A stretch of 64,000 nucleotides of DNA from an uncultured virus (IMG/VR IMGVR_UViG_3300027710_000024) (IMGVR_UViG_3300027710_000024); one strand, 5' to 3'. Numbered from the stretch's first letter, positions 37,593-46,610 are shown. Numbers and translations: made by a program. The notes: a model not told the origin generated them from the sequence alone.

Positions 37593-37868
37593 CGCTGAGT
37601 TTTTATTAAGTTTGTTAATACCCCGTCTTGTTTAGGGATAGATCCAGAAGTCTTTTTTACAGAAGAAGATAACGCTAACTACTCTAATTTAGACACTGTA
37701 AGAAGAATGTGCGCTACTTGCCCAGCAAAAATAGAGTGCTATGATTATGCGGTAGAGAATTTAGTGCACGGTTTGTGGGCTGGCACTACATTTAACGAAC
37801 GAGATAATATTAGAAAAAAACGTGGGATATCCGGAAAAGCCGTTATTCTAGAGGGAGAATACATATGA
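37589..37868 (+). pseudogene. whiB: WhiB (copy 3) interrupted by a +1 frameshift near its 5' end
   Basis: ATG 37589 reads MTLSFY-stop; +1 frame reads FIKFVNTPSCLGIDPEVFF...CATCPAKIECYDYA...GLWAGTT..ER. Confidence 0.75.
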
Positions 37869-38347
37869 GTATTAGCAATAACGTTTTAAAGTCTTTAGGG
37901 GAGTTAGGATTTACACTCTCTCCAAAACCGGTATATGAAATACCTTCCCTACCCTTAGACATTACAGAGCTAGATGATGAAGCTCTTATGGAATTATTTG
38001 TTCAGTTTACTCAATGGAATGATCATCTTTCTGGAGCAAGAGCTATTGCAATCATTAATGAACGCGAGGCAGAAAGAACCCTAGATGCAGTAGAGGCTCA
38101 GTGTATGCTGGATAACTGGCAGGGCGGCAAAGGCGATAGGGTGGCCGTAGTAAAAGCGGCTATTACGACTAATCCAATTGTTGAAAAAGCCAAGCATGAG
38201 TTAGATGTTCAGTACGCTTTTCGTAAACTACTTGAGATGCGTGCAGAGAACGTAGAAAGAGACTCACAGTTAGTTTCTAGAGAGTTAACTCGTCGTACGT
38301 CTGATGGCGGCAGCTTCCGCACCAGATCAAGAAAATTTACAACATGA
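37865..38347 (+). CDS. Hypothetical helical protein
   Basis: Coiled-coil character, SRELTRR; recombination gene context. Confidence 0.55.
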   Translation: MSISNNVLKSLGELGFTLSPKPVYEIPSLPLDITELDDEALMELFVQFTQWNDHLSGARAIAIINEREAERTLDAVEAQCMLDNWQGGKGDRVAVVKAAITTNPIVEKAKHELDVQYAFRKLLEMRAENVERDSQLVSRELTRRTSDGGSFRTRSRKFTT

Positions 38348-38934
38348 AAAAAGGGTATGGCGGTAAACTAAAAGTTATTGATGGCGGCCTAGATCTTACT
38401 GATAAGTCTAAAAAGTATATTGGACTTGATCAGTCTTATACCGGTTTTGCTATTACAGTAATTAACGAAGAAGGTAAATATAAGACTTTTGTATACAAAT
38501 CTGCTGGGCATGGGGTAGAACGACTACGAGATATTTATTATTTTATGGGCGAAGAAGTTTTTGAGGTAGCTTTAAATGTTGTTGACTCAGCTATGGAGGG
38601 CTATGCTTATAACAGCACTATGGCTCATATGGCTGGTGAATTAGGTGGTCTTGTTAAGATGGAGCTTCGTAGCTGGTTCTATGACTCTGAGGCAAAGTAT
38701 CCGTTTATTGTTGCCCCAGCGATGCTTAAGAAGTACATCACAGGTAAGGGCACCGGGGTACAGAAAAACCAGATTTTGCTGAATGTGTATAAGAAGTGGG
38801 GAATAGAGTTTAACGACGATAATGCGGCAGATTCCTATGGGCTGGCTCGAATAGCTGCCGGTATGGGAGACCTAACCTATGAAAAAGAGATAATTAAAAA
38901 GCTTTTAGACCCTAAATTTAAAGAAAAGCCGTGA
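38344..38934 (+). CDS. ruvC: RuvC-like Holliday junction resolvase
   Basis: IGLDQSYT, MEGY, ELGG, P..LKK..TGKG...K, DNAADSY.LA. Confidence 0.88.
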   Translation: MKKGYGGKLKVIDGGLDLTDKSKKYIGLDQSYTGFAITVINEEGKYKTFVYKSAGHGVERLRDIYYFMGEEVFEVALNVVDSAMEGYAYNSTMAHMAGELGGLVKMELRSWFYDSEAKYPFIVAPAMLKKYITGKGTGVQKNQILLNVYKKWGIEFNDDNAADSYGLARIAAGMGDLTYEKEIIKKLLDPKFKEKP

Positions 38935-38982
38935 TACTTATTCCTGAGGGCACCACAAATCGAACCCAAAGGAATACTACCC

Positions 38983-39255
38983 GTGTCAGAAGAAGAAAGT
39001 TTTTTACGTGTTGGGGCTGGATCTAACGCCCAATCCGTAGGGTCGGCAATTGCCCACGCCCTATATGAATCTCCCCAAGTTAAGCTTAGAGCCGTAGGTG
39101 CTTCAGCTGTAAATCAAGCTGTAAAAGCTATTGCTATTGCCCGAGGATACGTTGCGCCTCGAGGATTAGATTTAACATGCCGACCTGGATTCACCACAGT
39201 TGACTCAAGAGACGGTCAGATTAGCGCCATTGTTTTTACAATTAGCGTAAACTAA
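38983..39255 (+). CDS. spoVS: SpoVS family protein
   Basis: LRV...S...VG.AIA, RAVGASAVNQAVKAIAIARGYVAP.G.DL.C.P.F. Confidence 0.93.
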   Translation: MSEEESFLRVGAGSNAQSVGSAIAHALYESPQVKLRAVGASAVNQAVKAIAIARGYVAPRGLDLTCRPGFTTVDSRDGQISAIVFTISVN

Positions 39256-39291
39256 GTCCTGAGATCTCAACTCTAATTTAAGGAAGTAAAA

Positions 39292-39597
39292 ATGGCCAAA
39301 GAACGTAAGACAATAGGTAAAGAGGGTGCGAAGTTTACTTCCCCTTCAGCATCACCTAAAGCAGGAACTCTTATCAAGAAAAAAGGCGCACAAGCCGCTG
39401 ACCCTTACGCACAACCTATGGGTAAGCGCGGAACAGTAGCTCCAGATCACGATGGGGCAGCCCACAGAATCACAGTTAAGTACATGCCACAGACCTCTCC
39501 AGAGGCCGCTAGCACTCAGGCTAACGGACGAGTTATGAGTCCAGCCATCAAGCGCAGCACCGACAGTTTTGGTCAGGGAATGAGCACGTCCTACTAA
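39292..39597 (+). CDS. Basic hypothetical protein
   Basis: AAGGA RBS; low complexity. Confidence 0.55.
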   Translation: MAKERKTIGKEGAKFTSPSASPKAGTLIKKKGAQAADPYAQPMGKRGTVAPDHDGAAHRITVKYMPQTSPEAASTQANGRVMSPAIKRSTDSFGQGMSTSY

Positions 39598-39667
39598 TTT
39601 AGTGTATGCTCTCTACTAGGCCCTAACGGGCTTAGTAGAGAGATACTAAAAAAGGATGGGGCAGACA

Positions 39668-39904
39668 ATGGTATTAGAAGATCTTTATGCAGTTGCAAAA
39701 GATGAAAGAAAAAACGCTTTATATTGCGTAGTAGGACAGTGGGCCGCTTCTTTGCCACACAATGATCACGAAGCATTTGAAAAATCAATTAATGATGTAG
39801 ACTTCTCAACTAGAAGTCTTTATAAGTTGTACACTAAAGCTGGAGCGCAATTTGGACTAACCTCATTGCTTACACATCGAAACGGAGACTGCGGATGTCC
39901 TTAA
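39668..39904 (+). CDS. Small hypothetical protein
   Basis: C.VG...HRNGDCGC; coupled to the phosphoesterase. Confidence 0.6.
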   Translation: MVLEDLYAVAKDERKNALYCVVGQWAASLPHNDHEAFEKSINDVDFSTRSLYKLYTKAGAQFGLTSLLTHRNGDCGCP

Positions 39905-41076
39905 GCGACGATTATAGCGACGCAATTATTAAAGCAGGACAAGAAGGCTCAGATAAATTAAATAAACATATCCCTGAAACTTGGCGCCCACGTTCTGAAA
40001 TAGGCACTGATGGTGGGTTTGTTGTTTCTACTCCACGACCAGACGGAAACACTCCTGGCGCAGAAGAGATTTTAAGAGAAGCTAATTTAGACCCTGCAGA
40101 GTGGGCTGTTGTATCACACCGCAGATCTCGTTGGCAAAAGTATGACGGTGAATGGCTAGAGTCATTTAGAATCAATGTTGTTCCAGTAAACGGATCTACA
40201 GAAAAAGATTACGATCTTGTAGAGTTGTTAGATAACATAAATAAATGGAAGCCAGGAAAAGTAGTTGACGCTAGCGGAGATCTAACTGCGGTGTACAGTA
40301 TTGGAGATACTCAATACGGTAAAGACGATACGCCGGCAATTATTAATAGAGTTCTTATGTCTTTAGATGAAGCCGTTGAACATCAAAAGTATTTGTCAAA
40401 GAAATACAAGATCGGTCAGATTGCTCTGCCACAACTAGGCGATTGCATTGAGGGTATGACAAGCCAAAAGGGCAAGGTTATGGGACGTCACGACATTGGC
40501 GTATCAGAGCAAGTTCGTGTAGGTAGACGAATGCTCCTCGCACAAGTTAAGGCTTTTGCACCACTAGCAAATAAGATTATTGTCCCAGTAGTGCCTGGTA
40601 ACCACGATGAAGTTCAACGTTTCTTAGTTGGTCGCCCAGAAGATTCGTGGCAAATTGAGGTTGTTTCTCAAGTTGAAGATATTTGTAAAGAAAATGATTT
40701 CCTACGAGACCGCGTAGAGTTCCGATACCCCGCTGCAGATGACAGCACACTAACCGTTAATCTAAGCGGAGTTATGTACGGTATGGCCCATGGACATCAG
40801 GCCAGGGACATGGTTAAGTGGTGGGCTGGACAAGCTATGGGGCGTTGCTCAGTAGCACAGGCAGACATACTTAATGTTGGTCACTATCACCATTACCGGT
40901 CACAGAATGTTGGCCCAAGACTGTTTATACAAAATCCTGCAATGGATAATGGATCGGCTTGGTTTAGGGATAAGTCAGGGCTTGAAAGCGCACCAGGAAT
41001 TATTTCTTTAGTAGTCGGAGAGGGTTTAGATCCTCGAAGAGAGTTAGTTGTACTTGGCGGTAAAAACGACCGCTAA
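39895..41076 (+). CDS. Calcineurin-like metallophosphoesterase (Mre11-like)
   Basis: GDTQ.GK, LGDCIEG, PGNHDE, AHGH, GHYHH. Confidence 0.88.
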   Translation: MSLSDDYSDAIIKAGQEGSDKLNKHIPETWRPRSEIGTDGGFVVSTPRPDGNTPGAEEILREANLDPAEWAVVSHRRSRWQKYDGEWLESFRINVVPVNGSTEKDYDLVELLDNINKWKPGKVVDASGDLTAVYSIGDTQYGKDDTPAIINRVLMSLDEAVEHQKYLSKKYKIGQIALPQLGDCIEGMTSQKGKVMGRHDIGVSEQVRVGRRMLLAQVKAFAPLANKIIVPVVPGNHDEVQRFLVGRPEDSWQIEVVSQVEDICKENDFLRDRVEFRYPAADDSTLTVNLSGVMYGMAHGHQARDMVKWWAGQAMGRCSVAQADILNVGHYHHYRSQNVGPRLFIQNPAMDNGSAWFRDKSGLESAPGIISLVVGEGLDPRRELVVLGGKNDR

Positions 41077-41116
41077 TAAAAAACCCCCGGTTATTAGCCG
41101 GGGGTTATTTATTTTA
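41077..41116. terminator. Bidirectional intrinsic terminator
   Basis: aacccccggtt/agccgggggtt stem flanked by A and T tracts between convergent genes. Confidence 0.85.
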
Positions 41117-41119
41117 TAA

Positions 41120-41683
41120 TTACTTGCCGCAAGTTGGGCACTTTTCCGCTTTTTCCGCAGCAGGTTTAGGTGCAGCCCCAGCACCTTTAAACTTAGGGCG
41201 ACCAAAACCTACGATAGAAATCATTACTCCGGCTTTGTTCTTTTTAAAAGCCCGAAGTTGCTTGCAGGTTTCCCCACCATTTCTTTGGCTACCCTTCTTT
41301 TTTGAAGAAGTGTTTCCCTCAATGCACCACACGGTGCCGTCTTCATTATCTTTTACTACAATTCCTACGTGAGAAATACGATCTACGCCGTCTGATGGGA
41401 AATCAAAATAGGCAATATCTCCCGGTTCTGGATCCGCAATATCTCCATCAATCCACGCACCGGCTTTCTTAAACGCCTGCGCACCACCCGGAGTGTAGAC
41501 CGTGTTAGGAATCTTTACCCCAGCCTCATTTGCGCACCAGTTAACAAAGCTTCCACACCACGGTTGAAAATTAGCTTTCATAAAAGCGCCATACTTAGTT
41601 TCATTATCTTTAGGTCCTTCAATAGTCCCTATTTCTGCAGTTGCAACCTCAATAAGTCGGGCTGCGGTTCCTTGATCTGCCAT
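41120..41683 (-). CDS. Endolysin, CHAP domain
   Basis: PWCGSFVNW, PGDIAYF, SHVGIV, IEGNT, GFGRP. Confidence 0.88.
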   Translation of the reverse strand: MADQGTAARLIEVATAEIGTIEGPKDNETKYGAFMKANFQPWCGSFVNWCANEAGVKIPNTVYTPGGAQAFKKAGAWIDGDIADPEPGDIAYFDFPSDGVDRISHVGIVVKDNEDGTVWCIEGNTSSKKKGSQRNGGETCKQLRAFKKNKAGVMISIVGFGRPKFKGAGAAPKPAAEKAEKCPTCGK

Positions 41684-41697
41684 TATTAGTCCTTTCC

Positions 41698-41979
41698 TTA
41701 ACGCTTTATAATTATTACGGCTACAGTTGTGCTTTGACCGGCTTCAGCTAATGCATAGATTTCATCAGCTGTTGTAAGGTTTTCAAAACTAATGCTTTCT
41801 CCGGTATTTAAATGTCTTCCATAAGAGCTAGAAGTTAGCCCCTCTCCGCCAATAAATACGTCGTGAGCTCCAAAATTTTGAATGTGAATAGTTACGCTTG
41901 ATCCTGCTTCCCTACCTTCAGGAGTAATACGAGTTGGGGATGCACTATTCACACTAAATGTATAGTGATTTAACGGCAT
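41698..41979 (-). CDS. Small beta-rich hypothetical protein
   Basis: IQN.G...VFIGG.G.T...YG..L..GESI. Confidence 0.55.
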   Translation of the reverse strand: MPLNHYTFSVNSASPTRITPEGREAGSSVTIHIQNFGAHDVFIGGEGLTSSSYGRHLNTGESISFENLTTADEIYALAEAGQSTTVAVIIIKR

Positions 41980-42389
41980 TAGTCTTTATCCCAGTCCGTA
42001 TCTACAGGTTGAGCTTCTGGCATTTGTCCATCTGGCTTTGCTGCTAAACGAGCAGCTGTAGCGTCAATTTCTGCCTCAAGCTTCTTGTCCGCCTGTGTGT
42101 TCTTAGCGTCCATTTCTTTGTTTTGAAGCTGTGCTGCCATAATATCTTTAGCACCAGAGTTACCGATCAAGATACCCGCAAGGGTTCCTGTAATAAAAGT
42201 AGCGATGCTTCCAAGAACGTTAAAAAACATCTTGTCGTTCTCTGACTGAGCTCCAATAGGCTGGGTTACGAATAAAAGTCCGTACAAAATACCTAGAGCT
42301 GTAAAAAATAGAATAAGGCCAAGAATAGTGCCTAGCATAAACTTTAATCTAGAGTCTAATTCGGCTGGTGTAAGGCGTTCTTTACTCAT
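41979..42389 (-). CDS. Two-TM membrane protein with coiled-coil tail
   Basis: Two hydrophobic segments, then a charged helix. Confidence 0.65.
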   Translation of the reverse strand: MSKERLTPAELDSRLKFMLGTILGLILFFTALGILYGLLFVTQPIGAQSENDKMFFNVLGSIATFITGTLAGILIGNSGAKDIMAAQLQNKEMDAKNTQADKKLEAEIDATAARLAAKPDGQMPEAQPVDTDWDKD

Positions 42390-42612
42390 TTGGTGTTCCC
42401 GTTTCTAGTGTGGCTGTGGTTCCGTCTTGTGGGGCTGTCTTGACTAAGTCTACTGGACAAATTTGAGCCGCAGTGCATATAGGTGGCTTACATTCCGCAG
42501 TTTCCCAGTTTTTTGGGTCCTGACACGGATATCTGTAAAACCCGCTATAGCCACAGCTAGTCAAAGACAGCGTTAATACAGAGGCTAACAGCAGTATTTT
42601 AAATGTTTTCAT
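42382..42612 (-). CDS. Small lipoprotein
   Basis: Signal peptide with lipobox LTSC; four further Cys. Confidence 0.7.
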   Translation of the reverse strand: MKTFKILLLASVLTLSLTSCGYSGFYRYPCQDPKNWETAECKPPICTAAQICPVDLVKTAPQDGTTATLETGTPNE

Positions 42613-42779
42613 TCCTCATCCTTTGGGTTTCTTAAAGGGTACGTAACAGCCCAGGCAAATAAAGTACCGATAATTGCGTATCCAACTACGGTTTTTGCAG
42701 ATCCATCTAGAACAACCCAAGCAATAAACATACCTAGAAGTGTCCATAGTTGGTCAATCATGTCTTTAATTATTCTCAT
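42609..42779 (-). CDS. Two-TM micro-protein (56 aa, not in ORF track)
   Basis: MRIIKDMIDQLWTLLGMFIAWVVLDGSAKTVVGYAIIGTLFAWAVTYPLRNPKDEE; ATGA overlaps at both ends. Confidence 0.7.
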   Translation of the reverse strand: MRIIKDMIDQLWTLLGMFIAWVVLDGSAKTVVGYAIIGTLFAWAVTYPLRNPKDEE

Positions 42780-45160
42780 GGCTTACGTCTCCTAACGCCT
42801 TTACTGTCTCCTGATGGACCTCCGCCACCAGAACTTCCGCCCCCTCCGCCACTTGAACCACCAGTACTTGTACCGGCAGCTCCTGCAGCAGCTCCCACCG
42901 CATTCATGGCAGCACCAGCTGCAATAACAGCAGCAACTACCATTTCTTGTGCTTCTTCACGTTCTTCTGTAGACATATCAGCGCCTATACTTCCTAGCGC
43001 TTGGAGGGCTTCTCCTGGATCACTGAATATTGCACCAATTAATTCCGCGGGGTTCTCTAATAGCACAAGGGCCGCAGCAACGTCTGCCGTAATTATAACT
43101 TCATTTCCATTTTCATCTGTTCTAACCTCAACAGGGGTCTCCGGTGGAAGGTCCTTATACTCAATGCCGGCTTCAGCAATAGCTTCAGCAGTAAGCGCTT
43201 CCCCAGGCTTTACAGACTCTAAAAGAGCATCTACAATTATTTCTTTTTCAGCCTCAGTAACAACGCCGTCTTCTAGGGCATCTTCTACCGCGGCATCTAC
43301 TTCCTCTTCAGGTGTGGTAGGCTCTGGGAATGATTCTTCTAACGGATTTTCTGGCTCTGTTTCTGGTAACTCTGGTTGTGGTTCTTCTTCCACGGGTGGT
43401 TCGACTTCCTCAACAGGCACCTCGGGCTCTACGACTGGCTCTTCGGGCTCTACCGGTTCTTGTGGCTCTTCTATGGGTTGCTCTGGCTCTTCTGTGGAGG
43501 GCTCAGTAGGTGCGTCATCAGTTGCGTCATCTGTTGAATCAGGTGCATCATCAGAAACGTCAGTATCTCCAGTCTCAGGGAGAGTATCCGGAGTGGTTGG
43601 TTCCTCTGGAGAAGGCTCTGGATCTGGCACTACGGGATTTGGAGTCACAGGTTCCGGAGTCACTGGTTCAGGTTGAGGAACGGGTTGAGGTTCTGGGGCC
43701 GGACTGGGATCAGGGACCACTGGTTGAACTATAGGTGTTGGAACTTGCAAAGCAGCAACCGCTACTGCTACGCTAGCAGTTGCAGTATCTGCTAATTGAT
43801 TTGCTGCAATAACCGCTGTATTAGCTGTTGATTGGAGGGTTGTCAATGTCCCAGTTTCTGTTGTTAGTGTGGTCTGAGCTGTTGCAAGCGCTGTCTCTGC
43901 TGTTGTTTTCTCTGCTGTAAGGGTTGTGAGTGTTGCAACGGCTTCTGCCTTAACCTCTGTCTTATCAGCTACAACAGCTGTTTGCTCAGTAATTTGAGCA
44001 GTTAAAGCTTCGTTAGTTACGTTAGTCATTTGCTGTACTGGAGCACCTGCAGTTTCACGAACGCCAATACGTGGGCCGTTGTACAAATTAGTGGTGTTTC
44101 CTGCAACAGTTCCAACGCCTGTCCACTCACCTGTTGTTGGATTTACTGTCATGGTCCAGTTAACATTAGTAAGAGGGCCGTTATTGTCACCAAACTTATG
44201 TAAATCCCAATCAACCGCTAATGTAGTCTCAGTAGTTGTAACAGTAATGCTTGCTCCAGGACCAGCACTCATAAAATCAGAAGCAAAGACGGAGATGTGA
44301 GGTCCTGCCGGGAAATCCCACCAGTTAAAGTCACCAGTGCCAAAGGTAATAGTGGCTTTAGAAGTTACGTAAATTTGACTATTTGTTCCCTGACCTTCAT
44401 AAACGGTATTTCCCATTTTGATGTCAAAAGGCGTTTGAATTTTTGTAGCAGCATCCCACATTGGGGGAAGAGTTGTAGTTGTGACTGTTTGAGTCTCTGG
44501 ATTAACAGGAGCAACATACCCAGCAGTTGTGTAAGTTTTAGAATCAGACGGGGTATTTTGAAGAGCAGTTAGCGTGGTTTGAGCATTTGTAAGATTAGTT
44601 GTTGCAGTAGCCACTACCGCAGTTTGGGATTCAACCGATGTTGTAACTGTAGCAACGACTGCTGTTGCTGACTCAACGGCTGTAGTGGCTGTAGCCACCA
44701 CCGCTGTCTGAGAATCAACAGCCTGTACCGCTACTACCGCTACAGCTGTAGCTGATTCTGCGGCCTGGATTGCTGTGGTTGCCTCAGCTACCGGTGCTTC
44801 TGCGGCAGTTTGCTGTGCTGGGCTGGCGGTAGAAATTGCGTTACTTAATGTTATAGTTGCAGTCTCAATTTTTTCTTGTACGGAGGTTACAGTTGGAGCT
44901 TCTAATACTGGTTGCGTTTGCGGCGGGTTGGTTTGTTGGGGGGATTCAGTGGTCTGAACCGTGGAAGTCGAAGTCTCGCTCGTTGTCACAGGATCTGTTG
45001 CGGGAGCGGGAGAAGATTCAGGACTTGGAGAAGAATCTGTGGAGGCAGGGCTAACTACAGCTGTATCTACAGTAGGTTCTTCTGCGTTTGCTGAATTTTG
45101 TCCCAATATAAAGAGGAATAGTGTAAGGATTAGTGCTGCGAATGGGCGCAGTAGGTTTAT
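42776..45160 (-). CDS. Large secreted, membrane-anchored surface protein (A/T-rich stalk, P/E-rich linker)
   Basis: In-frame signal peptide from ATA 45160 after AGGAG; C-terminal hydrophobic segment, Gly run and RRRKP. Confidence 0.75.
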   Translation of the reverse strand: MNLLRPFAALILTLFLFILGQNSANAEEPTVDTAVVSPASTDSSPSPESSPAPATDPVTTSETSTSTVQTTESPQQTNPPQTQPVLEAPTVTSVQEKIETATITLSNAISTASPAQQTAAEAPVAEATTAIQAAESATAVAVVAVQAVDSQTAVVATATTAVESATAVVATVTTSVESQTAVVATATTNLTNAQTTLTALQNTPSDSKTYTTAGYVAPVNPETQTVTTTTLPPMWDAATKIQTPFDIKMGNTVYEGQGTNSQIYVTSKATITFGTGDFNWWDFPAGPHISVFASDFMSAGPGASITVTTTETTLAVDWDLHKFGDNNGPLTNVNWTMTVNPTTGEWTGVGTVAGNTTNLYNGPRIGVRETAGAPVQQMTNVTNEALTAQITEQTAVVADKTEVKAEAVATLTTLTAEKTTAETALATAQTTLTTETGTLTTLQSTANTAVIAANQLADTATASVAVAVAALQVPTPIVQPVVPDPSPAPEPQPVPQPEPVTPEPVTPNPVVPDPEPSPEEPTTPDTLPETGDTDVSDDAPDSTDDATDDAPTEPSTEEPEQPIEEPQEPVEPEEPVVEPEVPVEEVEPPVEEEPQPELPETEPENPLEESFPEPTTPEEEVDAAVEDALEDGVVTEAEKEIIVDALLESVKPGEALTAEAIAEAGIEYKDLPPETPVEVRTDENGNEVIITADVAAALVLLENPAELIGAIFSDPGEALQALGSIGADMSTEEREEAQEMVVAAVIAAGAAMNAVGAAAGAAGTSTGGSSGGGGGSSGGGGPSGDSKGVRRRKP

Positions 45161-45256
45161 TTTTTCTCCTTCTTAACTATATTTGTACTTTACCATGACA
45201 ATACGTATTACGTGTATCATAGTTGCCCCTACAACTTGTTCTTTAGGAGATACCGT

Positions 45257-45460
45257 ATGTCCGCACAGGACTGGGCAGCTTTTTGCCTCACTATAGTTTC
45301 GTTAATTGGTTCAATTGGCGTAATGGTTCGTTACATGGTTAAACATTATTTAACTGAACTTAAGCCAAATTCTGGAACAAGTTTGCGTGACTCTGTCGAT
45401 AGACTTGAGAAGCGTATTGACGAGCTTTTTGTAGCTCTCATTGATAACAAGAAAAAATAA
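45257..45460 (+). CDS. Holin-like single-TM protein
   Basis: TM segment, then ELKPNSGTSLRD.VDRLE; AGGAG RBS. Confidence 0.55.
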   Translation: MSAQDWAAFCLTIVSLIGSIGVMVRYMVKHYLTELKPNSGTSLRDSVDRLEKRIDELFVALIDNKKK

Positions 45461-45470
45461 GGAGTAATAA

Positions 45471-45722
45471 ATGAAGTTAGATCCAAAGATTCTAGCAATG
45501 TTGTCATCATATGGCCGTTCATTCCTAGCCGCAGCTGTTGCGCTATGGACTACCGGTAACACCGATCCAAAGGCCCTGCTTGCAGCCGGCCTAGCAGCAA
45601 TCCTGCCAGTAGCTATCCGTGCTTTGAATCCAAAAGATCCAGCGTTCGGTATTGTTAACGCGGCTTTGCCAACAGTTATGAAGTTTCTTTCTGACACCCA
45701 GAAAAAGGGCAAAAAGAAGTAA
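45471..45722 (+). CDS. Holin-like protein
   Basis: Two TM segments, SYGRSFLAA...RALNPKDPAFG, basic C-terminus. Confidence 0.65.
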   Translation: MKLDPKILAMLSSYGRSFLAAAVALWTTGNTDPKALLAAGLAAILPVAIRALNPKDPAFGIVNAALPTVMKFLSDTQKKGKKK

Positions 45723-45737
45723 AAAATTAAAAAGATT

Positions 45738-45773
45738 ATGGGGACAGACCTGTTTCTGTCCCCATTTTCATTT
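45738..45773 (+). terminator. Intrinsic terminator after the holins
   Basis: atggggacaga/tctgtccccat 11-bp stem followed by a T-rich tract. Confidence 0.65.
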
Positions 45774-45784
45774 ATACTGCCGAT

Positions 45785-46330
45785 ATGCCTCAATCCCATC
45801 AAAACTGGCAATACCTAGGATCTAACGGTTATGTAGGTGCTTACACTACAACCGGCGGTGGCGGTACCCCAGTTATTCCTCGCAGTGATATGGATTACTT
45901 GCGTCTTGGAATTGGCAGAACCCCTGAGGCCGAGTATCCAGACGGTTACCTAGGAACTATACGTTCTCGTCGTGATGATCGAGGAAGAGCGGCTTCTGTT
46001 TCAGATACCGTATTGGATTCTTTAAAGGCACGCCAAAACCAACGCGGTTATCAACGCGGAGTTCACAAGGGTGAGAGAATTGAGTCTAACCAATATTTCT
46101 GGCCACAAGATTTCCTTCCAAGCAGCAGATTAAAGCAAGAAAAATATACAGCTACTAACATAAACGGCGGCATTAACATGTTGGTTAATCGCCACGCCCC
46201 TAAGTCTAACTTAGCTCCAGCCCCTCACTTAGTAAATGATGGAAAAGCCAACATCTCTGCAACAGTTCCTGGAGAGTTTAACCCAACTATTGCCCGTCAA
46301 TTCTCGCACCTAAAGCCGAAGTGGAACTAA
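45785..46330 (+). CDS. Hypothetical protein (leaderless)
   Basis: EYPDGYLGTI.SRR.DR, YQRGVHKGER; TATACT-N6-ATG. Confidence 0.6.
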   Translation: MPQSHQNWQYLGSNGYVGAYTTTGGGGTPVIPRSDMDYLRLGIGRTPEAEYPDGYLGTIRSRRDDRGRAASVSDTVLDSLKARQNQRGYQRGVHKGERIESNQYFWPQDFLPSSRLKQEKYTATNINGGINMLVNRHAPKSNLAPAPHLVNDGKANISATVPGEFNPTIARQFSHLKPKWN

Positions 46331-46331
46331 C

Positions 46332-46610
46332 ATGGGACGTCCAACTAAAAAAGCTGCTGCCCCTAAAGAGCCGGGCAGAATTATTACCAACCCTAAACAA
46401 GTAGCTGCTATCTATGAAGTTGGGTTAAGCACAGTAAAACGTAACATGGATAAAATTCCACATCAAACTCGCCCTAGGGGTTTACAAGGAAGTCGTAACA
46501 ATCATTTCTTTGATACTAATGAAATCCGCTCTCATTTAGAAAGCATGGGAGCAAAGCCAGGTGATTCAAGATTAGCTAAGCTTGATCGCATTCATCGAGG
46601 TGAAGAGTGA
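46332..46610 (+). CDS. Possible HTH protein
   Basis: PKQVAAIYEVGLSTVKR. Confidence 0.5.
   Translation: MGRPTKKAAAPKEPGRIITNPKQVAAIYEVGLSTVKRNMDKIPHQTRPRGLQGSRNNHFFDTNEIRSHLESMGAKPGDSRLAKLDRIHRGEE

Noticed and set aside
42750..43676. 308-aa plus-strand Ser/Pro-rich ORF
   Set aside because: Antisense shadow of the low-complexity surface protein; no RBS
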